Shown here in pieces: positions 45,512-57,299 of a DNA stretch of 64,000 bases. How positions within the stretch are numbered: the stretch's first letter is position 1; the number at the start of each line of letters is the position of its first letter. The stretch spans positions 1 through 64,000 of the IMG/VR virus record IMGVR_UViG_3300010352_001575. One strand, given 5' to 3'. The notes under the pieces are model-generated. The model searched no databases, was not told where the DNA came from, and was given only the letters and a program-made list of their open reading frames with translations. This DNA is from a virus. Made by a program: the position numbers and the translations under genes.

Positions 45512-46279
45512 TCATTTAGTCTTCTCCTTCTTTGGTTTGTTCTCTTCAGTCTTCCCGCTCTGCCCCTTTTCCCACTCGTCATAGGTAAGCGGGGTAGAGG
45601 TGCTGCCGCACTGCGGGCACTTTCCGTCCTGGTGGAACTTGCCGCCCTCGTAGCCGCAGTCCTTGCAGGCATAGGCGCCGGTGTACTCTCCTGATGTGTC
45701 CTCTATTACAGCCCCGTCCTGGCACACGAGCTTGCCATAGAAGTCCGACTCTTCTTCGTACACTAGCTCGAACCTGAGCGCTGGGAAGATCTCAGCCATA
45801 CGCTTAACTACTGGGATGGGCGGAGACCAAGCTGTGTTGAAGTGGTATGTCGCGCTGCCTTTCACTATCTCCGGCTCGTTGATATCGTAAGCATTCCATT
45901 TCGTTCCCCAGTGAGCGACATTCCACTCGTACCAGCTGCAATGCCCGTACTTGTTAAGGTTCAGGATGGCTTGCACGAAGTTCTTCACGGTCTTCGCATC
46001 TGCCTTCTTGATAGAGTCAACTATTTGTTCTATCGGCGTCTTTCCGGAGAACGGGTTAGACAAGTAGTTGACCATACCATCACTGGTGATATCTAGCTCT
46101 TTCGGCATAGGGATAAACTTGTTGAACGAGATATGCCTATGAGCGGAATATTTCTCCATCTTCCCAGTTGCAAAGTCCTCTTTCTCTCCGGACTCTGTCT
46201 CCGCGGCCATCTTGATGAACCGCTTTAACACCTTGTCGTCCCCAGAAACATTAAGGGAATTGAATACGTGATTAGGCAT
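45512..46279 (-). CDS. DUF1281/YubB-like protein
   Basis: MPNH..N.L, F..FIPMP.EL, WYEW...HWGTKWNA and F.TAWSPP motifs. Confidence 0.75.
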   Translation of the reverse strand: MPNHVFNSLNVSGDDKVLKRFIKMAAETESGEKEDFATGKMEKYSAHRHISFNKFIPMPKELDITSDGMVNYLSNPFSGKTPIEQIVDSIKKADAKTVKNFVQAILNLNKYGHCSWYEWNVAHWGTKWNAYDINEPEIVKGSATYHFNTAWSPPIPVVKRMAEIFPALRFELVYEEESDFYGKLVCQDGAVIEDTSGEYTGAYACKDCGYEGGKFHQDGKCPQCGSTSTPLTYDEWEKGQSGKTEENKPKKEKTK

Positions 46280-46868
46280 CGTCTTCCTCCTCTGATTTTT
46301 TATTCATATCCTTTACTATCGCGGAAACACTCTTGGCTGACCTGACTTGTTCGAAGGTATACGCCTTGACTAAGCGAACACCATAGTACGCCTCCTTCGG
46401 ATCTTCAGTGAAACTAGCGTAGCGTCCAGCCGCGTTCTTGTCCTTGTTGAACCCTACATAGAACTCTAGCGTCTTGTCATCTAGGTTTATGATATAGGCA
46501 TATTCGCTGAACAAGCTATCGAACATACTCCTACGCCCGTTAATCATATGTGCTAGCTTATCGTCCGTCACATACGCGTCTATGTTTCCCTGGGCCTCCC
46601 GTAGCAGCGAGTACCATTCCGACTTCTTACCAGTGCTTACCCCACCGCAATGGTATTTGGTATACTGCGCTTGCAGTTCTTCAGACGGCTTCTCGTCCGG
46701 GTCAACTAGCGTTATCTTCTTGTGTGCAGCGATCAGCTGCTCATCGCTATACTTCCGCACTGCCTCTAGTACCGTTAAACCCAGGTAGTCCGGGTATGAG
46801 TCGCTGTGATTGTACATCACCTTATCCTGCCCGTTGTGCCTGAAGCCAACAACTCCGCGAGTGCTCAT
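46272..46868 (-). CDS. conserved phage protein
   Basis: MSTRG..YNHSDSYP..LG..EYAYIINLD. Confidence 0.7.
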   Translation of the reverse strand: MSTRGVVGFRHNGQDKVMYNHSDSYPDYLGLTVLEAVRKYSDEQLIAAHKKITLVDPDEKPSEELQAQYTKYHCGGVSTGKKSEWYSLLREAQGNIDAYVTDDKLAHMINGRRSMFDSLFSEYAYIINLDDKTLEFYVGFNKDKNAAGRYASFTEDPKEAYYGVRLVKAYTFEQVRSAKSVSAIVKDMNKKSEEEDDA

Positions 46869-49740
46869 CTTATTTCTCCTCTCTCATTAGTCTTCGTATG
46901 GTTGCCGCGTCTTCCGGGCATACCGGTAGCGTGAACCTGATGTCCTGATTTTCGTTTACATAGTAGCTAGACCCACCGTTGCCGGCGCACAGTATCGTGT
47001 CAGCGAAGAGGGCCATTGCCTCGGCGTCATCCTCTCTGTAGATAGCAGTACGCAATACTCCGGCTAGCTCACCCCAGGTTAGCTCCATCGTGGTTAACTT
47101 AGGCTTGCTCATACGCCCCTCCCTACCATAGTTGTCCCACACCATACTTTGTGAATGATATACGCCTCATCGAGCTCAGCTCCGCAATCAAGACACTTCG
47201 TGTGAACACCTATCTCCGTAGCGCTATTGAAGTCTGGCGGGTCGCTCTCCAGGTTATCTGACCCGCACAGCGCGCACTTGACTGGGTACTCCAGGTACTT
47301 CTCGAGTTGTTTTATTGTTGGTGTTTTCATTTCACCTCCACCGCGCTGATAGCGCTAGTATCGTCTTCTATGTAGTCAGTACCGGTCAGGGTCTTCTCAG
47401 TACCGTAGACTGCCTCATCGCGCGCCGTCTGCTCATCAGCCGCGTCAACAAGGTAGGTAAGTATCCTGGGTTGGTACACCCGAATTTTATACTTTGGCAT
47501 TATTGACCTCCTCGATACTAACAAATTCGCAAGAACCTTTAATATAATCCCTGCGTATCTCTACTCCGTCAGCATAATCAACTGCCAGAACCTTGGCGGA
47601 CATTTCGTCTTTAGCCTCGACCTCGTACTCAACTGATTCAGTTTCGTTAACCACCACTCGGTATTTCTTATTTCTTTTTGCCATTTCTATATTTCTCCAT
47701 AGTTTCCAGCCGGCCCCCGCACAACGGGCAGGTACTCGGCTGAGGGTCTTGTGGCGTTTCGAAGTCATCGTCCTGGTAGTCGAGCATATATTCTTTGCTA
47801 TCCTCAGCAGAGAAGACATGACCACAGTTCGGGTCCATACAATGTGCACCGGCTACAAACAGCCCCATCGGTATCTGATCTCGTCCCATTAGTCCACCTC
47901 CGGTTTGTCAGTCACATCTTCTACGCTATTGTCGTCTAGGTCCACTTCAAACACGCCCTTCTTGTGGTGCAGTACGTGATAGAACTCCCCAAACTCAGGG
48001 TTTCGCATTATGTTCTGTGCTGCCTTGGCTGCCTCTAGCGGCGTCTTGCCAGGTACGTCAATCACATAAACGACAGTCCAATCGTATTTGCCACACTCGA
48101 CTGGGTGTATGGTCTTAGATATCTCTCGCTTAACCTTTGTCATTAGCTATACCTCCTCTAGATAGGCTGTGTCCATAGCATCTCCAGTCCTGGCTATGGC
48201 GTACAATTTTCCGCACTTAGTACAGCAGACCCCTGGCTCGCTATTCGTATCCCAGCCCTCAGTCTGTCCGGCCGCGTCGTTATAGCACATCTGGCCATCG
48301 CGGTTGAAGTAAACAGGAACATCATACACTCGCAATGTGATATGAGTCTTGAACTGATTGCACCCGCAATCGCATACCCGTTTGTACTTAGTCTGCGTCT
48401 TTGCCATATCTCTCCTCGTACTTGGTCATTAAGATTCCCATACGTTCGGATACGACTTCACAAACGCTATCTAGTATCGAATCATCCAATCCATCTAAGA
48501 TGCACAGAATGTCTTGTTGTATCTGTTCGCGTTGCTGGATTATGTCTTTCCTATTCATAAGTCACCTTGGCCTGCTTTTCCAGCATCTTGCCCTTCTCGA
48601 AACACCAGCGCCACATTGCGTCGTCTTCTCCGCGAAGGTCTATGTAGCTACCGTCCTGAACAACCGGCGCCATAGCAAGCCATAACATCTCTTCCTGGCC
48701 CAGCTTTTCGCTTAAGCAACCGTTGAGCACAAACGCTTTTGCTTTAGTCTTTGGGTCTATGACTTGTTTGCACTCATAGCCCCACGCTCCAAACATTTCC
48801 TCCACGGTAGCTTTTTTAGAGAAACCGTTGGCAACCCAAGCCCACCACCGGCCCGTTTGTTTGCCGCCCTGCCAGGATCCGCCACTCCCTTCTTTCTTCC
48901 CTCTGCGGTCCAGCGTTCTCATAATGCTACGAACCTTCGCTTCTTTAGACGCCAGTATGACTACATGCACATCTTGATCACAATGATAACCCATGTTATA
49001 TCCTCCCCTTGCCTTCTGCCCACTCTAGGCAGTTTAGTACCTTGATGCAGGCGCAATTAGCTATATCGCAATGCCAGTCCTCTCTTAAGAACGGACAATG
49101 TGTACAACGCTTCATCATTCTATTTCGTAACTTCTTGTCCTCGCTGTCTTGTTTGACTTCCTCGACTGTCCAGGTCTCTGGGTCTAGCGTGTGGCTATAC
49201 TCGAAAGTACCCTCTATCAAATCACCCCCGCCATCCGCTACAAATTTCTTAGCCTCTTTCGGACTCGACGCGATGATTCTATAGCCTTGGCAGTGGACCT
49301 CCCGGACCGTGACAATGTATTCCCGCTCAGTTTTCTTCGACTGTTTCATATACCTCCATTTCGTCGAACTCGTACTTGTTATATTCTCCGCCCTTGCAGC
49401 AACACGCGCTGCAAGTAAACGGCCGGCAGAAATACTTCTGTCCATTGTTGACAAAGTACTCCGTTTCGTCGTATATCAGGTTCAGGCTACCACAGTTAGG
49501 ACAAACGCCTGGTGTTCCGCCCTTGCTCATATTGTCATCCCCGCTTCGTCCGTCATTTCTATAAAGTTCAGGCTGTACCATTCTTGGCCAGAAAACTTAC
49601 ATTTTTCGTTAGCACATTGGAATGGGTAGTAAACCTGCGTTCCTTCTAGCTCTATAGAGTCATACTTTAGGTCTTCACAACCGCACTTCGGACAAGTTCC
49701 TGGTTGTCTTGGTATTGCTTTATTTTTGGTCATATGTCTC

Positions 49741-50244
49741 CTAGCTGTGGTAGTCTACGATGCCTCCAATGTACACCTTGTCACCCTTGAAGCGCAGCAC
49801 GTTGTCCAGCAAGCCCAGGTAGCCCCCGACGTGGTAGCTACTCCTATCGGCTTTGTGCTGTATGTAGAAGTGGAAGCCAGATTTGCTGTCCAGCTGGTCC
49901 GATATCTCCCATATCTTCTGGTCTAGCGCGCCATAGTTGCCATCGGCCAGAGATTTGTTAAGCTCGGCCAGCATCGGCATAGCTCCCTCTATGTCGCGCT
50001 TAACTACCGACTTGAGCGCTTTGACCAACTCATCGGTCTTGAAGAACCCGCGGCCCGATCCTTTGTAATGCTTTACCTTTAGTTGTTCGCACAACCACTT
50101 AATGTCTTCCGGTACATCAACCTCAGCGGAGAAATAGTCCGCCCAATACGGCACACCATCATAATCACTCACTAATGTGTCCTAATCAATCCTTTCTATT
50201 GCTGGAACCGGCGTCTCCGACAACTCGAATATTCTGCTATGCAT
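49741..50244 (-). pseudogene. gene interrupted by an in-frame TAG at codon 21
   Basis: AAGGAG RBS, MHSRIFELSE..ERID*DTLVSDY continuing in frame into the 143-aa ORF. Confidence 0.65.
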
Positions 50245-53200
50245 ATATCTCCTTTAGACTATTCCCCTACCGCCGCAGGTCCTGCAAGTTTCTGGGCTGG
50301 TATTCTTTTCTGACCTTGACTTCTTTCCCTCGATGTCATAGAACCCGTGCGGGACCAATCCCTTGCCGCCGCAGATGGGGCACTTGACTGGAATTGTTGT
50401 CGATGTCACCCACATTGGCTTGGACATACCCTCTAACATCTTAATCCAGTGCTTTTCGTAATCAGTCATTTCTTTTCCTCCTAGTTTGTTCTGCATCCAG
50501 CGTCCAGCCCCTGTCTTCTTTCTTTGTGCCCCAGGTTGGGTTAATCCAAGATAAGCGCTCGCACAGTTTCTTGACACTGTTTCCGCTAGCAACCTCTTCC
50601 TCTACCTCGTTGAGCAAGTACTCAGCTAAGCGCTTAACTTCTCTGTGCGGTATATCCGCCGGTATCTGGGTACAGTAGCTAGCATTGTCTACCTCCCACC
50701 AATCCTTTCCGTCCTTCCTAAACACATCAAACCGCAGCAGCGGTATATCGTCTGTGTTCGGTCCTCGGTAGTCTCCGTCTATACCCTCACCACAATCCCA
50801 GTTTAGGTCAACGCGTACCAGTCCGTCAGCGCTAACGACGCTAGCTTCCCTGGCTATTGGGTAGTCTTTCATTTCTTCTTCCCTTTCTTCTCCGACGCTT
50901 GCAACCTATCCAGCTTAGCCTGCGCCAAGTCCGTAGGGTCGTACCAGTATTGTTTGCCATGGTAGATCAGCACAGCAAGGCCACCATACGCGTCTGTGCG
51001 GGGCTTGCTACAGGTGAACGCGCAGCTGATTATCTCTGGCGTTGTTATCTTGTGCTTGGTCTGCCAGGCTGCGATAATGTCAGCAAGCGCGCCCATATCC
51101 ACAGCTTCCTCGCTGTGTATCCATACGCTGGTGTCGTTCTCTACGCTTGCTTCGGCCCCGTGATACTCGTCATTGTAATCTTTGTTATCCTCACCGAGCG
51201 TATCAATAAGGTCATCTCGTTGCGCCTTTGTCTTTGCAGTTATGACATGTGACATCTGACAATAATAATCAGCCATGCTATGCCTCCGTTAGTATTTTCT
51301 TATGATTGTGTATCCGTACCTCATACGCACCAACTTCTTCAGCTATCTGCTCGTCCGACAGCCTTTTGATATTAACCAGGCCAGCCATCTCCGAGTCAGT
51401 CCATAGGTATCCCAGGATGCTCTCAGCGCACGCCCTGAAGGTAAGGCTATTCCGCCCCGTGTGGAAGTACTCATTGTTCTGGCAACACCAGGCCGAGAAG
51501 TATCTATCCGGAGATACGACTTTTACCCTCGGCATCGCTATGCCTTCCTCACAGTAACTGACGGGGTGACAGACTTGATTTTAAACAATGACTTGACTGC
51601 GGCCTCGTCTATCATACCAAGCGCTGTCCTGACTGGCTCTGCTGCGCTTATTGATATGGCCTTAGCCTTTGTCAGCTGTGGTATGCTGAATAACTCTTTG
51701 GCTTTTTCGAAGTCCACCTTCTCGTATGTGGTTGATGCCTTTATCTCCACTACCTTGGCGCCGACCGGGACTAGCTTACGAGTAGCTATGCCAACATACA
51801 GCTCCTTTAGCTCCTTGTACTTCTCCTCCATCTCGGCAATGGCTGTATGCTGTTTCACTATCTCGGCCGCGGCGGCGTCCTCGAACTGTCCGACCAGCTT
51901 CTGGTACTCGGCTTCTAGCTTGTTGTACCCGGCCTGTTCTTCTGCGTTCAATCCGGCGTGACCCTCTTTAGAGCAGGCTAGTATGGTATCCATATTGCTG
52001 CGTATGTTGATAAGCCGGCTGTTCAGGCTATCTATCTTTTCCATTCTTGTCTCCTTTGTTCTTCAAGTCCTTCAGAAGATCGTCCACTATCTTCTTCGTG
52101 TCCGGGCTAGACTTCACTGGCTTTATCCTCAGCTGGTCCTTGTCCGCCCAGTCTTCCATAATGCTAACCAAGTACTCCATAGCCTCTTCCCTTCGCTCTG
52201 GCTTGAGCGCGGCTACTGTCATTACCATAAAGGCTAGCTTGACTATGGCGGCCATATCCGCATCGTCGCTATCGAGTACTACCTCCAGGCTTCCGAACTC
52301 TCCTTTAATGATTTGTCTCATTTATCCTCCTTTGTAGTCGTGGTAGGTTCCTGAGGTTATAGGGATTATAGAATACCACTCAGCATAACACGGACTGTCG
52401 TGGTGGGCGTTGTTTATAGCTATTCCCTTCTTGCCCATCCTATGTATCTTGAAATTACATTCCGTGTTAGGCAGTATCTTAGACAGTAGCTCCCGGCCGT
52501 TGTCTGCCCTGATGAACGCGTGGCCGCCAATGGACCTCCAGCCAAAATTACTAACCTTGGCGAACCAATACCCACCTGGATTTATCTTCTTCATTAATTC
52601 GGACAGGCTATCCGTCAAATCCTCCCACTCAAAATCCTCGCAGCTATTGCTACCTTCTAGGACTAACTCGCCAGATTGTTCTGACGCCTTGTCTTCTAGC
52701 TTCTCTAGTGTTATCATTTCTCCTCCTGCACCTTGAATACCTTGCCGGTATCAAGCATAAGAATATAGCCAGGGTTGCTAGCTACCAGTCCCTTCGACCA
52801 ATCCCAACCGCCTTCCCAATCTTTTCCACTGTCGTCTACTGCGAACTCATAACAATCTGCAGAACCAGCGTTCATACGGCAGACAGACCCAATCGCGTGC
52901 TGGCGTATCTTTCTCATCAAGTACGGACTGCAGATGTCTTTCTTCTTAACGGGGACTAGCTGCATTGGTGCCTCCGTGCGTTGCTATATCTACCAGCATA
53001 TCCGTAGGTATGGTCAGCCACGGATGCCATACATCTATCTTGCTAACATCGTCCTCGTGCTCCAGGCGCAGACCGCCTTCCAGTACTGCCACAACCCGGT
53101 ACTTAGTCGAGAACCTGGCAGGGTCCAAGCCAGAATGTTGCAGGCGATAGCCGTGATACTTGTATGGGTTTTCTCTCAGCATAGACACGGCTGTGTCTCT

Positions 53201-55746
53201 AACTGTTCCAATCAGTTCAGTCAGCATTACCAAACCCGCCCATCGCTGTAAGGTAATCTTTGACGCCGCGCGCCAGGGCCTTCTGGTTGTACAGGTCAGC
53301 CTTGTGCATAGCTCCTAGCACATCGCCAGACACTACTGACTTCAGGAAGCCACCGTGGAAACCATCCATAGCCTGCAGCAGAGATACCTTGCTCTCCAGT
53401 ATTTCTTTGGCGTGTTGGGCCGTATGTTCGTTCTTGCTCGTTGTTAACGCTACTAACGCACATCTGACATCGTCTCGCATTTCTCCTCCTAGTCTATCGG
53501 GCATATGCTGAGTATGGTGACCCAGTCTTTGTTTACTATAGCGTCGTCCGGCGCCGGCTGCTCGTCAGCGACCCACTCTTTGAGTCTGTCTATCTCCCAC
53601 TTAGGCATCGGGAACACCAAGGTCGCAATCATATCTCCGGTAATTATCCCAGCGTCTCCGTCATAGCGCCACGATATCAAGCAGCGGACCAAGCGAGGAT
53701 TCTCTATCCACTCACCGCCGATTGGTAGGTCCCATTGTTTAGTAGCGTATACATCTGCGCTAGCTTGGTCCACCCATCCATCTTTGTTCGACCAGAACAA
53801 TGGCTCTCTGGTCTCGTCATCCACCTCGGTTAGCGATATTATCTCTAACATTACGCACCTCCGAAGATACGAGCCATAGCTCCCTGCTGCGCGACCTTGG
53901 ACGCTATTATGTTCCGCGGAAATGAACCACCCCATCCGAACACATCATGCACATATCTATCCAGACAGAAGCCGCGCCATTCAATCGATACTTTTGTCTT
54001 TCCGACTTTGGTGACCACATAGCTAGCGGAGCCATCGGCAACGCCACAAGAGAACATAGCCCCTACCATTAGCTTTCCCTTACAGGCCTCCGATACCTTG
54101 TTAGCCTTGTCTTCTTCTGCTTTCACGAATTTGTAATACTCGCCGTCGAAGTCAAACGGCAGAGCTACAATAGCGTCCTTAGGCACGTGGTATGACCTTG
54201 GCACGATGGCGTCCTCTACCAGCAGGTGGCCCTTGGGCGGCTTCTTGCTAGGGAACGAGTCCACTATTCCGTAGTGCAGCACTCCATCAGGTGTCTTGAA
54301 CTTCACTTGGTATAGGTCTATCGCGTTCATTTCGTCTTCTCCTTAATCAGTTCCTTGGTCTTGTCTGCTATCCAGCTATCCACTAGCTTCATCGAGTCCT
54401 GAGCTATTCCTAGCGAGTCCGTGGCTACCTTCTGTACCTTTTGGTTATTCACAATCTGGGGAACTATCGTGATAACCAGCATCTCTTTGGTTGTAGGCAC
54501 AAAGACCTGAACAGCACCGCCAAGTATAACGCCAAGCCAACCAGCGATAGCTAAGTATTTAATTGGCTTGGGAAGTGATGCCTCGTCTACGGCATGGCAT
54601 ATCCATGCAATAGTTCCGACTACCGCAGTCGTCAGCGCAAAGACGATAACCAACTCCGATGCGCTTTTTATCATGTCCAACCTTGTCAACCAATACATCT
54701 GCGATACTGTTATTATTGTCATTTTATCTCCCTGACTATATTAGTTTCACCGACTTGCTGTAGTTGTGCGCCATTAGAATATCACCAACCATTCTGATAA
54801 CCTCCGAGTGTGCGCCCTCCCAGGTATCCAACACCGCTACTGGCAAAGCTGCCATAACTCTATCCTCAATTTCTAGCAACCCTGTCCTGCCAGCGTTCAG
54901 CTCAGCCATTACCATCTTGCGAACCATATCCTTGTTGCGCTTGCCTATCGTTCGTGCCATTGTTTCACCTCGTGATTGCAAAATAGATAACATAAATCCA
55001 ACCCAAAAACCCTGACCACATCGCCCATAAAATTGACTGATGTATCGACCAACTCGCGCATGTTGCTATCATCATCCCCATCACGCAGAACCATCCGACT
55101 GGTTTCATATATCTCCCTTGCCTTAGTTTGGAAAACCGCCATAGCTAGCTAGGCAGTTCTCGTCAAGAATATCCTTTCCGTCTTCCAGGGTGGCGTACAA
55201 CCTGGCACAGCCGTAGTCCTGCTTGTACTGCTTGAATATCTGCCTGGCTTCCTTCAGAGTATCTGGGTAGGCATCTCGTCCGTTGGTGAAGACGTGGTAG
55301 TGTAGCTTGGTCATAACCACCCTCCTTGCTTCGCCCAGATTATCGCTGAGGATAGCACCATACCCACAACGATCAACGCCACAGTGATTAACACTATGGC
55401 CATAACAAACCTCCAGAACTCCAGGCCTAACACGCGCGGCCGAAGCTCGTATACTCCTTGCTGCGGGCCGAGCAATCGCGTCCTCGGTCCTGTCTTAACC
55501 TTGTACGGCTTTCCGTGCTTTAACATTTCGCCTCCAGGCCTAGCGCTCTTCCCTCGTCGTATATCTCGTCGTAAACAGTCCTACTCCTATCGTCAGCCAT
55601 AGCGCTAACATATGTATCTTGATGCGCTGTCATAAACCGCTTGCACATAAAGGTAAGCGCTTCGTTTCTGCTCCTTAGATCGTCTATCTCTTTCCGGTCG
55701 CTCATAAGGCGCTGAGCCAGGTCTTGCAGTGTAAACTTACCGTTTT

Positions 55747-56082
55747 TCATTGTTCCTCCATCTCCTCGTAGTACCGCTCCGACATAAACGCGTGTACATC
55801 TATCTCCACCTTATCCTTAAGTATGTCGTGCAACCTGCCAGCCCCGATAGGATTGCCAGTGTGTATGATAACCCGCTTGGGCCTGTCTTCCTTTGGCATA
55901 GCGGTGATGGCCCAAGCTACTGCGGTGAAGTCCTCTTGCTTATAGCCAGAGATATCGTGGTCCAGAGATACTATCTCTGGCTTGTAGACTACCAAGCAGC
56001 GCATGGCTTCAGTGATGGTCTTGGTAGTGTGCCAGGCCATACTCAGCTTAGGCTCACGCATATCGTCAACAAATAATCTCAC
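55747..56082 (-). CDS. cyclic-phosphate-processing receiver-like domain protein
   Basis: LFVDDMR.P, VSLDHDI and IHTGNPIG motifs. Confidence 0.7.
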   Translation of the reverse strand: MRLFVDDMREPKLSMAWHTTKTITEAMRCLVVYKPEIVSLDHDISGYKQEDFTAVAWAITAMPKEDRPKRVIIHTGNPIGAGRLHDILKDKVEIDVHAFMSERYYEEMEEQ

Positions 56083-56651
56083 GCTACCTCCTGTATTAGT
56101 TTTACGAACCTACCCTTATCGTAGAACGCCCAGTCATCTCGTACTTCTGGCGGCCTGTCTCCCTCAGTGTCTAGGACAGCGCCAACGACTTTGGTAGCTA
56201 GCCCAACTTGCTGTATGCTAGCGATGAGCACCAGACACTGGCCCCAAGTGTACCGGCTATCCACTAGCCATATCTGCCCGGCCTTTGGCTCAATCATCGT
56301 ACGCTCTCAGGAACAATAGCGTGCTCCCGTGTTCTCCGCGGTACAGCACCGCAGCCCTGCCGATATTCCCGAATGCCTCTCCGCACTTGCTGTTCTGGCT
56401 ATACCGGTACTTGGCTAACTTCATCGCAGCAATTGCCTCGATGTAGAAATCCATAGCCGTTGTTCCGCGCGGGATTATCTGCGCTTCAGGAGATAGCACC
56501 ACGTGCTTGGCTATCTCCTCAGCCCGGTGTGCGAACTCGTTGCACTTGCGGGTGTGGGCGTTTGAGAGACTGATCTTGGCTGCCTCTCTGTACTCCTCTG
56601 TATCGTCTAGCAGCTTGTCTATCGCCGCTAGGGTTGCTGAAGTTGTTGTTA

Positions 56652-57299
56652 TCATTTGATCACCTCCAATTTCTTTATCTTCTCCCGCAAATAAGACTCT
56701 ATCTTGGCATACGATTCCTTCTCTGCCGCCCTTGCCGCCCTTGCCGCCCATACCGCCGCCTCTGCCGCCCTTGCCTCCTCTGCCGCCATTGCCGCCCATG
56801 CCGCCGCCCTTGCCGCCCATGCCGCCCAGCCGCAGCACTGTGACGCCGCCCATGCCACCTCCACTGCCGTCTTATCCGCGGCTATCCTATTCTCCTCAGT
56901 CGGATTCTTCAACCACTTCTTAACTGCTGCAATGGCAGCCCTTGGCCGGTCGTCATCGGGGTATTCCTTTTCGAATAGCCTAATGACTTGCTCTGCTGCA
57001 TAGCAGGCTAACTCTGCACTATCTTTATGGGTCCACGTATAGGCTTTCAGTATGCGCATTTCGGCATGCGCGCTCTTATCATTTTCGTGGTCGCTCTCTC
57101 CTTGTACCTCTACCAATGCGATGATGCTGCAATTTACATATCGCATTGCGTCAATGACTTTACGACTTCCATGAAAACCATTTTTACAGCATTTGATTTT
57201 GCCATCCAGTTTAGCCCATTCTCCTACCTTAGCGGGGAAAGGGCCGTGATTTGTTTCAAAGTCTGCCCTGAACGATTTCCATAACTTTATCGATTTCAT
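56652..57299 (-). CDS. phage protein with Ala/Trp-rich repeats (Imm5-like C-terminus)
   Basis: C..GFH, DDRPRAAI.A and AAWAARAA repeats encoded by GCG/GCA runs at 56720-56850. Confidence 0.65.
   Translation of the reverse strand: MKSIKLWKSFRADFETNHGPFPAKVGEWAKLDGKIKCCKNGFHGSRKVIDAMRYVNCSIIALVEVQGESDHENDKSAHAEMRILKAYTWTHKDSAELACYAAEQVIRLFEKEYPDDDRPRAAIAAVKKWLKNPTEENRIAADKTAVEVAWAASQCCGWAAWAARAAAWAAMAAEEARAAEAAVWAARAARAAEKESYAKIESYLREKIKKLEVIK

Noticed and set aside
56290-56923. Gly-rich or Pro-rich ORFs from the GCC-type repeat
   Set aside because: Alternative frames of the Ala/Trp repeat in the 56652-57299 gene; the real 56290 gene likely starts at the downstream MITTT.
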